A stretch of DNA of 64,000 nucleotides from an uncultured Candidatus Saccharibacteria bacterium (GTDB taxonomy: Bacteria; Patescibacteriota; Minisyncoccia; Phycocordibacterales; PALSA-1337). The position numbers were made by a program, and so were the translations under genes. Shown in pieces: positions 29,850 to 39,376 of this stretch (the first letter of the stretch is position 1; each line of letters begins with the position of its first letter). Under the pieces are notes generated by a model that was not told where the DNA came from, did no database searches, and worked only from the letters and a program-made list of their open reading frames with translations. Where the stretch lies: assembly GCA_964600255.1 (NCBI GenBank), contig CAZRIX010000001.1, positions 43,948-107,947 on the forward strand, given 5' to 3'.

Positions 29850-30028
29850 GGCGTATTTGTTATTTATTTAATAAATTAGCCATTATTAACCCCTGTGTAC
29901 GCTAAAACCGCAATTATTTTTTCTTCCGGCAAGCGAGGAGCGTGTGAAAGATTATCTTTCACAACGTCCGAGCGCAGACGGAACAATTACATTACTAGTT
30001 TAAAAAGCGGACCGTATGCATTTAAAAT
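29850..30028 (+). promoter_or_regulatory. Long structured 5' leader of rpsA
   Basis: TATACT/TAGTAT -10 near 29830-29842; nested stems TTCCG/CGGAA and TGTGAAAGA/TCTTTCACA. Confidence 0.55.
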
Positions 30029-31180
30029 ATGATTAAAAAAACAAAGGACGTTGAGGTTGTGGAGGAAGCTCCAGTCAAGAAAGTTAAGAAGGAGAAGGTT
30101 GTCGTTGTTCCAAAGCTCGACACACAGATGGACAGAATCGTTCACGAATCTGCCAACCCACCACTTGTAGGTGAGCTAGTTGAAGGACCAGTTATTAATA
30201 TTGAGAAGTCAGCAGTTTATATTGATCTCGCACCATTTGGTACTGGTATCATTTATGGACGTGAATATCTTACAGCTCGCGATATTATCAAGAAAATAAA
30301 TATCGGGGATGTTATCGCTGCTAAGGTTATAGAAACAGACAACAAGGATGGATACTTGGAACTTTCTCTAAAGGAAGCTCGCCAGGCACTTATCTGGTCT
30401 GAAGCTGAAGCTGCTATTAACAACAAGACAACTCTTGAACTTCCAATCATCGAAGCAAACAAGGGAGGACTTATCATTCAGTGGCAAGGTATTTCTGGTT
30501 TCCTTCCAGCATCTCAACTTAAGACTGAACACTACCCTCGTGTAGCTGACGGTGACAAGGACAAGATTCTAGAAGAACTGAGAAAGCTTGTTGGAACAAA
30601 GATTTCAGTTTCTATCATTTCAGCAATTCCAAAGGAAGGTAAACTTATCTTCTCAGAGAAGACACCTGAATCAAAAGACAAGGAGAGAATTATCGGTAAA
30701 TACAAAGTTGGAGATACTATCGATGGAACAGTTACAGGTATCGTAGACTTCGGTGTTTTCGTTAAGCTTGAAGATGGACTAGAAGGACTTGTTCATATCT
30801 CAGAAATCGATTGGTCACTTGTAGAAGATCCACGTGCGCTATTTAAGGTAGGACAGAAGATCAAGGTGAAGGTAATCGAGATCAAGGAAGGAAAAGTTTC
30901 TCTATCTCTAAAAGCACTTAAGGAAAATCCTTGGGTAGAAGCTTCAAAGAAATACAAGAAGGATCAAGTAGTAGAAGGTGTAGTTATCAAGTTCAATAAG
31001 CACGGTGCCCTAGCTTCAATAGAAGAAGGAATCGCAGGACTTGTACACATTTCAGAATTTGGTTCAGAAGAAAAACTAAGGAAGACTCTAGAGTTAGGAA
31101 AGTCATACAGTTTCAAGATTACATTGTTTGATGTAAAGGAACAGAAGATGGCTCTATCTTTCACAGGAGAGAAGAAATAA
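30029..31180 (+). CDS. rpsA: 30S ribosomal protein S1 (four S1 domains)
   Basis: ANKGGL, GFLPASQL, DFGVFV..EGLVHISEI. Confidence 0.9.
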   Translation: MIKKTKDVEVVEEAPVKKVKKEKVVVVPKLDTQMDRIVHESANPPLVGELVEGPVINIEKSAVYIDLAPFGTGIIYGREYLTARDIIKKINIGDVIAAKVIETDNKDGYLELSLKEARQALIWSEAEAAINNKTTLELPIIEANKGGLIIQWQGISGFLPASQLKTEHYPRVADGDKDKILEELRKLVGTKISVSIISAIPKEGKLIFSEKTPESKDKERIIGKYKVGDTIDGTVTGIVDFGVFVKLEDGLEGLVHISEIDWSLVEDPRALFKVGQKIKVKVIEIKEGKVSLSLKALKENPWVEASKKYKKDQVVEGVVIKFNKHGALASIEEGIAGLVHISEFGSEEKLRKTLELGKSYSFKITLFDVKEQKMALSFTGEKK

Positions 31181-31194
31181 TAATTCTTTCAAAT

Positions 31195-31219
31195 AAAAAA
31201 CCGCCACAAGCGGTTTTTT
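31195..31219. terminator. Bidirectional intrinsic terminator
   Basis: AAAAAACCGC-CACAA-GCGGTTTTTT. Confidence 0.9.
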
Positions 31220-31239
31220 GTTTTGTATACAATTTGATA

Positions 31240-31818
31240 TTAGTTAAACTTCGTCATCGCCATATCCTTCCCTTCTTTTATAAGAACTTCAATAGCTTCA
31301 CTCACAGTCTTTGCTGTCTTTTTTATTATCTTCATCTCATCATCCTTAAAACCACCTAAAATAAACTTCTCTATTTTGTCATCTCCATGTGGAACTTTTG
31401 CTAAGCCTTTTGTATTCTCTGGTGCTACCCCTATTCTGATACGTAGAAACGCTTCGGTTTTCACTGCCTTTATAATAGACTCGACTCCATTGTGACCTCC
31501 TGAACTTCTATTGTATGAGATTCGTATTTTTCCTAGTGGTAAATTGAAATCATCGTAGATTACGATTAACTTCTCTGCCGCTTTTACACTTTTTACTAAA
31601 TATGCAATAGACTTACCAGAATTATTCATAAAGGTATCTGGTGCAACTAGCCTCACCTTCTCCTTTCCAACTTTTAATTCACTAATTTGCGCATTTATTT
31701 TTTTATCAAAAGAAAATTCCTCATCAGTTAATGATTGTAAAATAATTCTTCCAGTATTGTGACGAGTTTTTTCATATTCTTGTCCTGGATTTCCTAAACC
31801 TGCGATTATGTATGCCAT
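31240..31818 (-). CDS. pth: Peptidyl-tRNA hydrolase
   Basis: GLGNPG..Y..TRHN.G, TFMNNSG, SSGGHNG, RIRIGV. Confidence 0.97.
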   Translation of the reverse strand: MAYIIAGLGNPGQEYEKTRHNTGRIILQSLTDEEFSFDKKINAQISELKVGKEKVRLVAPDTFMNNSGKSIAYLVKSVKAAEKLIVIYDDFNLPLGKIRISYNRSSGGHNGVESIIKAVKTEAFLRIRIGVAPENTKGLAKVPHGDDKIEKFILGGFKDDEMKIIKKTAKTVSEAIEVLIKEGKDMAMTKFN

Positions 31819-31881
31819 GTAGCTATTATGTCACAAACGAAAATCTTGTGTCAAACGAACATTGGCAGTACAATTGTTGCA

Positions 31882-32454
31882 ATGAATCCTGAAATTAATA
31901 CAAATCAGCCTAAAGAAAATTTCTTTAAAGAAATTATTAAGTTCATCATCATAGCTCTAATAATAGTCATTCCTGTTCGCACATATATTGCTCAACCTTT
32001 CATAGTAAATGGTCCATCAATGGATCCAACTTTCAATACTGGCCAGTATATTATCGTTGATCAACTATCTTACCGATTGAATTCACCTGAGAGGGGTGAT
32101 GTTATCATCTTCAAGTACCCGAGAAATCCAAAAGTTTACTACATCAAGCGTATAATCGGTCTGCCTGGAGAAACTCTAGTATCAAACGGTGGTCGAGTTA
32201 CTGTTCAGAACAAAGAAAATCCTGAAGGTATAGTTCTAAACGATAGTTTTATTGCTGATCGTCACAGAACTAGCGATGATTTCAAAATCTCTCTCGGTCC
32301 AACTGAATACTTCGTTATGGGTGACAACCGTGCAGAGAGCGCGGATTCAAGAACTTGGGGGCCTCTTGATAAAAAGTTAATAGTTGGTCGCGCCTTCATA
32401 CGTTTATTACCACCCACAAAAATATCGATCCTACCTGGAGAATTTAAAATTTAA
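31882..32454 (+). CDS. lepB: Signal peptidase I
   Basis: GPSMDPT, YIKRIIGLPGE, MGDNR..S.DSR.WG; start ATG 31882. Confidence 0.95.
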   Translation: MNPEINTNQPKENFFKEIIKFIIIALIIVIPVRTYIAQPFIVNGPSMDPTFNTGQYIIVDQLSYRLNSPERGDVIIFKYPRNPKVYYIKRIIGLPGETLVSNGGRVTVQNKENPEGIVLNDSFIADRHRTSDDFKISLGPTEYFVMGDNRAESADSRTWGPLDKKLIVGRAFIRLLPPTKISILPGEFKI

Positions 32455-32463
32455 TACACTGAT

Positions 32464-33696
32464 ATGCAAAAGAATAATAATTCCACAGAGCAGAAATTCA
32501 TTCCGCACGAAAATTTAGACAAGATTGGTGAAATACCTGTTTACTATGGCTTTACACCACATCAGAGTCCTGAGATCAAAAAAATAGACATAGATCAGTC
32601 AAAAGGTTTGCTTGAAGGTGATCATATAGACGAAGATGAGAAATCTAGTACAAAACTACCACTACATGTAGAAGAAAAAGTGGCTCTTTTGCGCATGTAT
32701 ACAGAAAAAGAAATGCATGCACTACCTCAACCAATAATGTTCTATTTCAAAGAACCATTTAAGGGTTCAATAAAAAAGGGTGCGAGCTTCAATCGTTACT
32801 GTGATTTGGAAATAATGGGAGGATCGAAGAGTATTGCAGAGGCATTACTGATTCAGACAACTCGTGCGATTCTCAAAGAAGAAGGTTATGAGAATATTTG
32901 CCTTGAGATCAATAGTATTGGCGACAAAGAATCCATTAACAGATACACACGTGATCTTAGTAACTACTATAGGAAGCATGTAAACGATATGCATGCCGAG
33001 TGTCGTCAGCTTCTGAAAAAGGACCCTTTTGAACTTTTAACTTGCCAGAATGATAAATGTAAAAAAATAAATGAGAATGCACCAAACTCAATGACATTCT
33101 TGTCAGAGTCTAGTAGAACACACTTCCAGGAAGTTCTAGAGTACGTAGAGGCTCTTGGTATTCCATACAGAATAAATCACCACCTGATTGGTAATAGAAA
33201 ATATTGTACTGAGACAATCTTTTCAATAATAAACCTAGATCATGAGAATAATAAAAAAAGTAAGGAACAAAAAGTCCTAGCTATCGGTGTGAGATACGAT
33301 GGACTATCAAAGAAAATCGGCTACAAGAAAGAAATCCATGGTGTAGGTATATCACTACTTATTAAAGGTGGTAAAGCCGAACTAAGAAAGGAAATAAAAA
33401 AGACAAAGAGACCATTTGCATCTTTTGTTCAGCTTGGATTCGAGTCAAAACTCCTAAGTTTGGGTATCATAGAGAAACTTAGAGAAGTAAAGATACCTCT
33501 TTTTCTGTCATTGGCCCGCGATCGCCTAGGAGCACAGGTTTCAGCCGTTGAAAAATATCATATTCCATATGCCTTGATTATGGGTAAAAAGGAGGCTGTT
33601 GAAGGTACAATAATCGTAAGAAACAACGATACACATGCTCAGGAAGTGGTAAATATAGCTGATTTACCAAAATACATGAAAAAACTTGAAAAGTAA
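32464..33696 (+). CDS. Degenerate histidyl-tRNA synthetase-like protein
   Basis: INSIGD, HFQEVLEY, GVRYDGL and anticodon-binding domain present; motif 2 and 3 catalytic residues not recognisable. Confidence 0.75.
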   Translation: MQKNNNSTEQKFIPHENLDKIGEIPVYYGFTPHQSPEIKKIDIDQSKGLLEGDHIDEDEKSSTKLPLHVEEKVALLRMYTEKEMHALPQPIMFYFKEPFKGSIKKGASFNRYCDLEIMGGSKSIAEALLIQTTRAILKEEGYENICLEINSIGDKESINRYTRDLSNYYRKHVNDMHAECRQLLKKDPFELLTCQNDKCKKINENAPNSMTFLSESSRTHFQEVLEYVEALGIPYRINHHLIGNRKYCTETIFSIINLDHENNKKSKEQKVLAIGVRYDGLSKKIGYKKEIHGVGISLLIKGGKAELRKEIKKTKRPFASFVQLGFESKLLSLGIIEKLREVKIPLFLSLARDRLGAQVSAVEKYHIPYALIMGKKEAVEGTIIVRNNDTHAQEVVNIADLPKYMKKLEK

Positions 33697-33723
33697 TAGA
33701 CTTTGTAGTAATATACTAAAAAT

Positions 33724-33969
33724 ATGATAAACGTAGAAATTACAAGAAATGGCAACGAAAACAGCGTAGGGGTTATTCGTCGTTTTACAAAGAAGGTTCA
33801 GGCAGCTGGTATTTTGCCTAGAGTTAGAAGTATTAGATACAATCAGAGAGAACTATCTTCATACAAGACAAAGATGAAGACCCTAAAGTCTCTAAAGCGC
33901 AAGGCAGAAATAGCAGAACTGATCCGACTTGGAAAGATGCAGGAAAAGACTTCTCGTTTCTCTAAATAA
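33724..33969 (+). CDS. rpsU: 30S ribosomal protein bS21-like
   Basis: EN...VIRRFTKKVQAAGIL; small basic protein. Confidence 0.75.
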   Translation: MINVEITRNGNENSVGVIRRFTKKVQAAGILPRVRSIRYNQRELSSYKTKMKTLKSLKRKAEIAELIRLGKMQEKTSRFSK

Positions 33970-34355
33970 TGAAGGGAGATAATTTTCATATAACAAATAC
34001 AACAAAATCAAAGTTACCAAACTTTGATTTTGTTGCTATGAAAGAGGCTGTTCTAGGTAAAAAGTATGAACTTTCTGTAATAATCGTTGGCAAGAAGGAG
34101 ATTCAGAAACTAAACAATGAGTATAGAGAGATAAACAAACCTACTGACATTCTAAGCTTCCCTCTTTCAGATAGTTTTGGAGAAATGTATATAAATCCAG
34201 AAATGACCGAGCTCGAGGCCAAAAAATTCGACCGAGATTATGATAATTTTTTCGCTTTTATATTTATCCACGGTTTGGTGCATTTGAAAGGATTCGATCA
34301 TGGTAGTACAATGGAAGGTATAGAGGCTCGTTTCCGAAAGAAATTCGGCATATAA
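33969..34355 (+). CDS. ybeY: rRNA maturation factor YbeY
   Basis: LNNEYR..NKPTDILSF, HGLVHLKGFDH. Confidence 0.95.
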   Translation: MKGDNFHITNTTKSKLPNFDFVAMKEAVLGKKYELSVIIVGKKEIQKLNNEYREINKPTDILSFPLSDSFGEMYINPEMTELEAKKFDRDYDNFFAFIFIHGLVHLKGFDHGSTMEGIEARFRKKFGI

Positions 34356-34390
34356 ATGCGAATACATTTTGGAGACTCTTCTAACTCCGA

Positions 34391-35596
34391 ATGGCAAGCA
34401 ATATAATCACAGGAATAGATGTAGGAACACATCACGTAAAAGTGGTTATTGCTGATGCTTCAGAAAAAAATGAAAAGGTTGTCAAAGGTGATAACCGAGG
34501 TCAGCCAAAAATAATAGGTATTGGCTTGATAGAGACTCGAGGACTACGTCACGGCTATGTACTAAACATACAAGACGTAATAGCCAGTATTAAACAAGCA
34601 ATCCTTGAAGCTGAGAAAAGAGCTGATGTGAAAGTAAAGAAGGCCTATCTATCTATAGGTGGTATTGGTCTTGGAAGCATTACTTCATCAGGATCAACAA
34701 TCATCACACGTGCAGATTTAGAAATAACAAACCTAGATATTAAAAGAGTGCAGGAGCAGTGTGAAAAAGATATTCCACCCGCAGCGTCTTTGAATAGAAA
34801 AATAATTCATAGTATTCCAGTTCAGTACAAAATAGATGGAAAGCCAGCATTGGGCAAACCTGAAGGAATGCATGGTAGTAAATTTGAAGTTAAGACTTTG
34901 TATATAACATGCCTAGAACAACACCTAAACGACATAATAGAAGCGGTTGAGGAATCAGGTATTAGTGTACAAGACGTAATGGCTTCACCTATTGCAGCAA
35001 GTTTGGTAACACTAACCAAGTCACAGAAAATCGCAGGTTGCGTACTTGCAAACATCGGTGCTGAGACCGTTTCAATTGCCGTCTTTGAGAACAATATTCC
35101 TGTATCACTAGAAGTCTTCCCTATCGGATCTACAGATATCACTAACGATATCGCTCTCGGTCTAAAAGTACCGCTTGAAGAAGCTGAACAAATAAAGATT
35201 GGTGCAATCACTGGAACTTCATATCCAAGGAAGAAACTTGAAGAAATCGTTTCTGCTAGAATGTCAGATATTTTTGAACTTATTGAAGCTCATTTGAAAA
35301 AGATTGGACGAAATGGATTACTTCCAGCAGGAATTATTCTAACTGGTGGTGGTGCAGGTCTATCAGGAATAGAAGATATGGCAAAGTCATCACTTAGACT
35401 TCCAGCTCGTATCGGAAGCCTGAACCTTGGCCTACCAGAGAAAAACGGATTGAAGGATCCAGCATGGGCAGTGGCCTACGGTCTATGTATTCTGGGTATG
35501 CATGCGGATCAGGACACACCTATAGATTCTAGCTCGAGAATTTTTGAAAATTCAAAGAAAACTATACTAGCGTGGCTAAAGCAGTTTTTGCCATAA
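34391..35596 (+). CDS. ftsA: Cell division protein FtsA
   Basis: GIDVGT, IGSTDITNDIA, ILTGGGA, C-terminal amphipathic helix. Confidence 0.95.
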   Translation: MASNIITGIDVGTHHVKVVIADASEKNEKVVKGDNRGQPKIIGIGLIETRGLRHGYVLNIQDVIASIKQAILEAEKRADVKVKKAYLSIGGIGLGSITSSGSTIITRADLEITNLDIKRVQEQCEKDIPPAASLNRKIIHSIPVQYKIDGKPALGKPEGMHGSKFEVKTLYITCLEQHLNDIIEAVEESGISVQDVMASPIAASLVTLTKSQKIAGCVLANIGAETVSIAVFENNIPVSLEVFPIGSTDITNDIALGLKVPLEEAEQIKIGAITGTSYPRKKLEEIVSARMSDIFELIEAHLKKIGRNGLLPAGIILTGGGAGLSGIEDMAKSSLRLPARIGSLNLGLPEKNGLKDPAWAVAYGLCILGMHADQDTPIDSSSRIFENSKKTILAWLKQFLP

Positions 35597-35661
35597 ATAA
35601 TTATATTTGGCTTGATATTAAAGTCTTTTGACTTATCCAAGCCATTTGATAAGATTGGACT

Positions 35662-36870
35662 ATGCCGAATATTACCCCAGAAATTGAAGCTTTTGCCCGT
35701 ATCAAAGTTATCGGTGTAGGTGGATCCGGAAAGAACGCAGTAAACCACATGATCAGCTCAAAGGTTAAAGGAGTTGATTTTATCTCAATAAATACTGACG
35801 CTCAGGATTTACACCACTCTCTAGCAAAGAAACGTATACACATTGGTAAGAATCTTACTCGTGGTCTAGGTACTGGAATGAATCCAGAAATGGGTCGCCG
35901 TGCTGTAGAAGAAACAAAAGAAGAAGTTCAGGAATCTCTAAAGGGTGCTGACATGGTTTTTGTTGCTTGCGGACTTGGAGGAGGAACTGGATCAGGAGCA
36001 AGTCCTGTAGTTGCCCGCACAGCAAAGGAACTAGGTGCGCTTACTGTTGCTGTAGTTACAAAGCCTTTCTTTTTTGAAGGACAAGCTCGTTCAAAGATTG
36101 CAGAATCAGGATTGGAGGAACTGAGAAAAGAAGTTGATGCAATCATTGTTATTCCAAACGACAGACTACTTTCAACAATTGATAAGAACACTACAGTCAA
36201 GAATGCATTCTCTATCTGTGATGAAATACTACGCCAGGCTGTAGAAGGTATTTCAGATTTGATCACAACTCCAGGTATCATCAACATTGACTTCGCTGAC
36301 ATTCGAACCGTTATGGAAAGTGCAGGTTCAGCACTTATGGGTATTGGTTCTGCCATAGGAGACAATCGTGCTGTAGAAGCTGCTAGAATGGCCATAAACT
36401 CTCCCCTACTTGATGTTTCAATACATGGAGCAAAAGGTGTTCTATTCTCTATTGCCGGTGGTGAGGATCTAACAATGTTTGAAATCCAGGATGCAGCAAA
36501 GGTTATTACCGAGTCTGTCGATCCAAATGCAAAGGTTATCTTCGGAACTGTTCGTGATGATAAGCTAAAGAAGAATGAAGTAAAAGTTACTGTTATTGCG
36601 GCTGGTTTCCCAGAAGGCATGCAGATCAATACTCCAGACAAGACAACAAATGCAGTAAACAGTATGCAGGAATTAAAGCCAAAGGAAGACACGTTGAGGA
36701 ATCGAATCTTCAATTCTGCTCCAGCGCCAGCTCGTGAACCAGTACCTACTCCAAAGGTAGTAGAGAAAGTTGTAGTAGAAGAGAAAAAAGAACTAAAGAA
36801 TGATATACAAAGCGACGATGATGATTGGGGTGCTGTTCCTGCCTTCTTGAGACGTTCTAAACTTAAGTAG
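35662..36870 (+). CDS. ftsZ: Cell division protein FtsZ
   Basis: GGGTGSG tubulin motif, NIDFAD, C-terminal VPAFLRR. Confidence 0.98.
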   Translation: MPNITPEIEAFARIKVIGVGGSGKNAVNHMISSKVKGVDFISINTDAQDLHHSLAKKRIHIGKNLTRGLGTGMNPEMGRRAVEETKEEVQESLKGADMVFVACGLGGGTGSGASPVVARTAKELGALTVAVVTKPFFFEGQARSKIAESGLEELRKEVDAIIVIPNDRLLSTIDKNTTVKNAFSICDEILRQAVEGISDLITTPGIINIDFADIRTVMESAGSALMGIGSAIGDNRAVEAARMAINSPLLDVSIHGAKGVLFSIAGGEDLTMFEIQDAAKVITESVDPNAKVIFGTVRDDKLKKNEVKVTVIAAGFPEGMQINTPDKTTNAVNSMQELKPKEDTLRNRIFNSAPAPAREPVPTPKVVEKVVVEEKKELKNDIQSDDDDWGAVPAFLRRSKLK

Positions 36871-36874
36871 TTAG

Positions 36875-36975
36875 TAAAATAGAGATAAAATCCGGTGAGG
36901 AAGTCTTTTTATTTTCTAGCATAAGCGTAAAAATAAAAAGAGCTTACGAACGCAAGTGATTTTACCCTATTTTAT
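36875..36975. repeat. Long imperfect palindrome downstream of ftsZ
   Basis: TAAAATAG/CTATTTTA, TAAAATC/GATTTTA, CTTTTTATTTT/AAAATAAAAAG nested arms. Confidence 0.6.
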
Positions 36976-37011
36976 CTAAACTTTCTAAAACTTGTAGTAT
37001 AATATACTTCT

Positions 37012-37947
37012 ATGATTTACGACTTAACAATAATCGGTGGTGGACCAGCTGGAGTTGCCGCTGGAGTTTATGCTGCGCGCAAAGAACTCAATACCCTTTT
37101 CATTACAAAAGATTGGAATAGTCAGAGTACAGTATCTGAAGGTATCGAGAACTGGATAGGAACAATAAAGATTTCTGGTGCAGATTTTGCAAAGAGTCTT
37201 GAGGGTCATCTTCGTGCATACGCTAAAGATAAGGTAGATATTCATGTAGGAGAAGGAGTAGATTTGGTTGAGAAGTCTGCTAATGGTTTTAAAATCACGA
37301 CGAGTAAAGGTGGCAAAATTGCAACTTATGAATCAAAGACCGTTCTAACAACAGCAGGAAGTTTTAGAAAGAAACTAGAAGCGATTGGTGCTGACAAGTT
37401 TGAACACAAGGGTCTAACATATTGCGCATCATGTGATGGACCTCTTTTTGCTGGACAGGATGTTATTGTGATCGGTGGTGGAAATGCCGGTTTTGAAAGT
37501 GCTTCTCAACTCCTTGCATATTGTAAGACCGTTACTCTAATAAATCGCACAGAAACTTTCCGCGCAGATCCCATTACAGTAGAAGCTGTATCAAAGAATA
37601 CTCACTTTAAAATAATAACAAACGCTATTTCAAAAGAAATAAAGGGTGATAAGTTTGTTAACTCATATGTTTACACAGATACAAAAACAGGCAAAGATAT
37701 CGAAATACCTACAACAGGTATATTCGTAGAAATAGGTTCCCTACCGAATACATATTTTATAAAAGATTTAGTAAAACTTACTCAGTATAACCAAGTGATA
37801 GTTGATCCTAGAACACAGAGAACATCAGTAGATGGCATATGGGCTGCGGGAGATTGTACAGATGGACTATATCACCAGAACAACATTGCAACTGGAGATG
37901 CGGTAAAGGCACTTGAGGATATCTATCTTTATCTAAAGACTAAATAA
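37012..37947 (+). CDS. trxB: Thioredoxin reductase family protein
   Basis: GGGPAG, YCASCDG, GGGNAG, AAGD. Confidence 0.88.
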   Translation: MIYDLTIIGGGPAGVAAGVYAARKELNTLFITKDWNSQSTVSEGIENWIGTIKISGADFAKSLEGHLRAYAKDKVDIHVGEGVDLVEKSANGFKITTSKGGKIATYESKTVLTTAGSFRKKLEAIGADKFEHKGLTYCASCDGPLFAGQDVIVIGGGNAGFESASQLLAYCKTVTLINRTETFRADPITVEAVSKNTHFKIITNAISKEIKGDKFVNSYVYTDTKTGKDIEIPTTGIFVEIGSLPNTYFIKDLVKLTQYNQVIVDPRTQRTSVDGIWAAGDCTDGLYHQNNIATGDAVKALEDIYLYLKTK

Positions 37948-38662
37948 GACCTTCTGCGTATTCAACTTCCTCTTTGCTATTTAGTCCCATTGCTTCAAAA
38001 AGTCCTATTTCTACTTCTGCAATACTATCTGCCATTTTAATTACGTCGGTTAAATAATACTCTCCTTGTATATTATTTGGTCGAACCTTACTTAAAGAAT
38101 CTCTAAGCCAATCAATACGAAAAGCATAAAATCCTGGATTAATTTTCTTTTGCAAGCGAACATCTTCACTTGCATCCTTATACTCAGTGATTCCTTTTAT
38201 CTTTCCTTCTGGAGAATACATTATTCTGCCCCAGTGTTGAAAAAGTTTTCTCCATCCCTCGAAATCTTCAGAATATGTAGTAGCTATTGCAACTGTGTGA
38301 GATTCTAATCCTTGAATTAGATTATCAATAGTCTGAGAGGATACGAATGGATGATCTGCATAAAGGATGACTACATATTTAGTACCTGGTAAGACAGCGG
38401 GTAGAGCAGTTAATGTTGCGTGACCTGTACCCTTTTGTTCTTCTTGATAAATGTACCTGACACGTTCATTTAAAAAAGCCTTAACCTGATCTGCCTTGTG
38501 ACCGATAACAACAATAGGCTTATGAATGAGTCCATTTTCCAAATTTAAAAGCAAACGATGAATCATAGGTTCACCCTTAACTTCTATTAAACACTTGGGC
38601 AAATCTGATGCCATTCGTGTACCCTTGCCAGCGGCAAGAATAATAATCTCCGTATTTTGCAT
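37940..38662 (-). CDS. NTP transferase (GlmU N-terminal domain only)
   Basis: LAAGKGTRM, Q..Q.GTGHA, QGEYYLTD; no hexapeptide domain. Confidence 0.85.
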   Translation of the reverse strand: MQNTEIIILAAGKGTRMASDLPKCLIEVKGEPMIHRLLLNLENGLIHKPIVVIGHKADQVKAFLNERVRYIYQEEQKGTGHATLTALPAVLPGTKYVVILYADHPFVSSQTIDNLIQGLESHTVAIATTYSEDFEGWRKLFQHWGRIMYSPEGKIKGITEYKDASEDVRLQKKINPGFYAFRIDWLRDSLSKVRPNNIQGEYYLTDVIKMADSIAEVEIGLFEAMGLNSKEEVEYAEGLI

Positions 38663-38665
38663 GGT

Positions 38666-39280
38666 CTATATACTACTACAACTATTCCATAATCCAAGTT
38701 TTTGCTCACGTGCTTTTTTCGCAAGTTCCTTGAAATCCTTTTGCTTCTGATATGGTGTATTGTAAGTATATTCATGCGCATATCCATTTTCTATCAAATA
38801 CTGATTTACCAACATACCATCATCTCTATATACATATGCTAAAAATCTACCGAACTTGTCTGTAGCACCCTGTGTAGTATCGGTCTCAAGTGTCACAGAA
38901 TGACCCAGGAGAAGCTCTCTGGTCTTGTCTGAGGCTTGCTTACCAAAACACTGAACCGCCTTTCTAGGGTCGACAGTCTCGGGAGTATCAACTCCTATCA
39001 TTCTTACCTTTACTACTCGACCTTCAACCTTAATGTCGAATGTGTCACCATCGACTACCTTTGTGACTTCATACTTCTTACTGAAGTCAATTTGCTCTAT
39101 TTTTGTAGAAAACTTATTATTCTTTGATTTTTGATTTGAACTTTCAGCAAAATATCCCAGAGTTGATGTCGTAATGATAATTAGAATAATAATAAAGGGT
39201 TTCCATTTATTCCTTTTCAAAGATTCGATATTATTTATACCCTTTATCAATTCTTTTTGAATATCATTACTAGTAGACAT
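38666..39280 (-). CDS. Membrane-anchored thermonuclease (SNase family)
   Basis: VVDGDT, VRMIGVDTPE, DKFGRFLAYV, GLW. Confidence 0.93.
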   Translation of the reverse strand: MSTSNDIQKELIKGINNIESLKRNKWKPFIIILIIITTSTLGYFAESSNQKSKNNKFSTKIEQIDFSKKYEVTKVVDGDTFDIKVEGRVVKVRMIGVDTPETVDPRKAVQCFGKQASDKTRELLLGHSVTLETDTTQGATDKFGRFLAYVYRDDGMLVNQYLIENGYAHEYTYNTPYQKQKDFKELAKKAREQKLGLWNSCSSI

Positions 39281-39333
39281 GTGTATAGGATAGCAGAGAT
39301 ATGATATAGGTAAAAGCCAATTTAATTGATATT

Positions 39334-39365
39334 AAAAAGATGCGCAGAGATAAATCTCTGCGCAT
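39334..39365 (-). terminator. Intrinsic terminator of the desaturase gene
   Basis: ATGCGCAGAGA-TAAA-TCTCTGCGCAT with A-tract on the left. Confidence 0.85.
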
Positions 39366-39376
39366 TCGTTGTCCTA

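Noticed and set aside
35928-36713. 261-aa antisense ORF within ftsZ, and similar shadow ORFs in valS, gyrA, ftsA and nrdA
   Set aside because: Expected from codon bias on the opposite strand of highly expressed genes; no motifs or expression signals.
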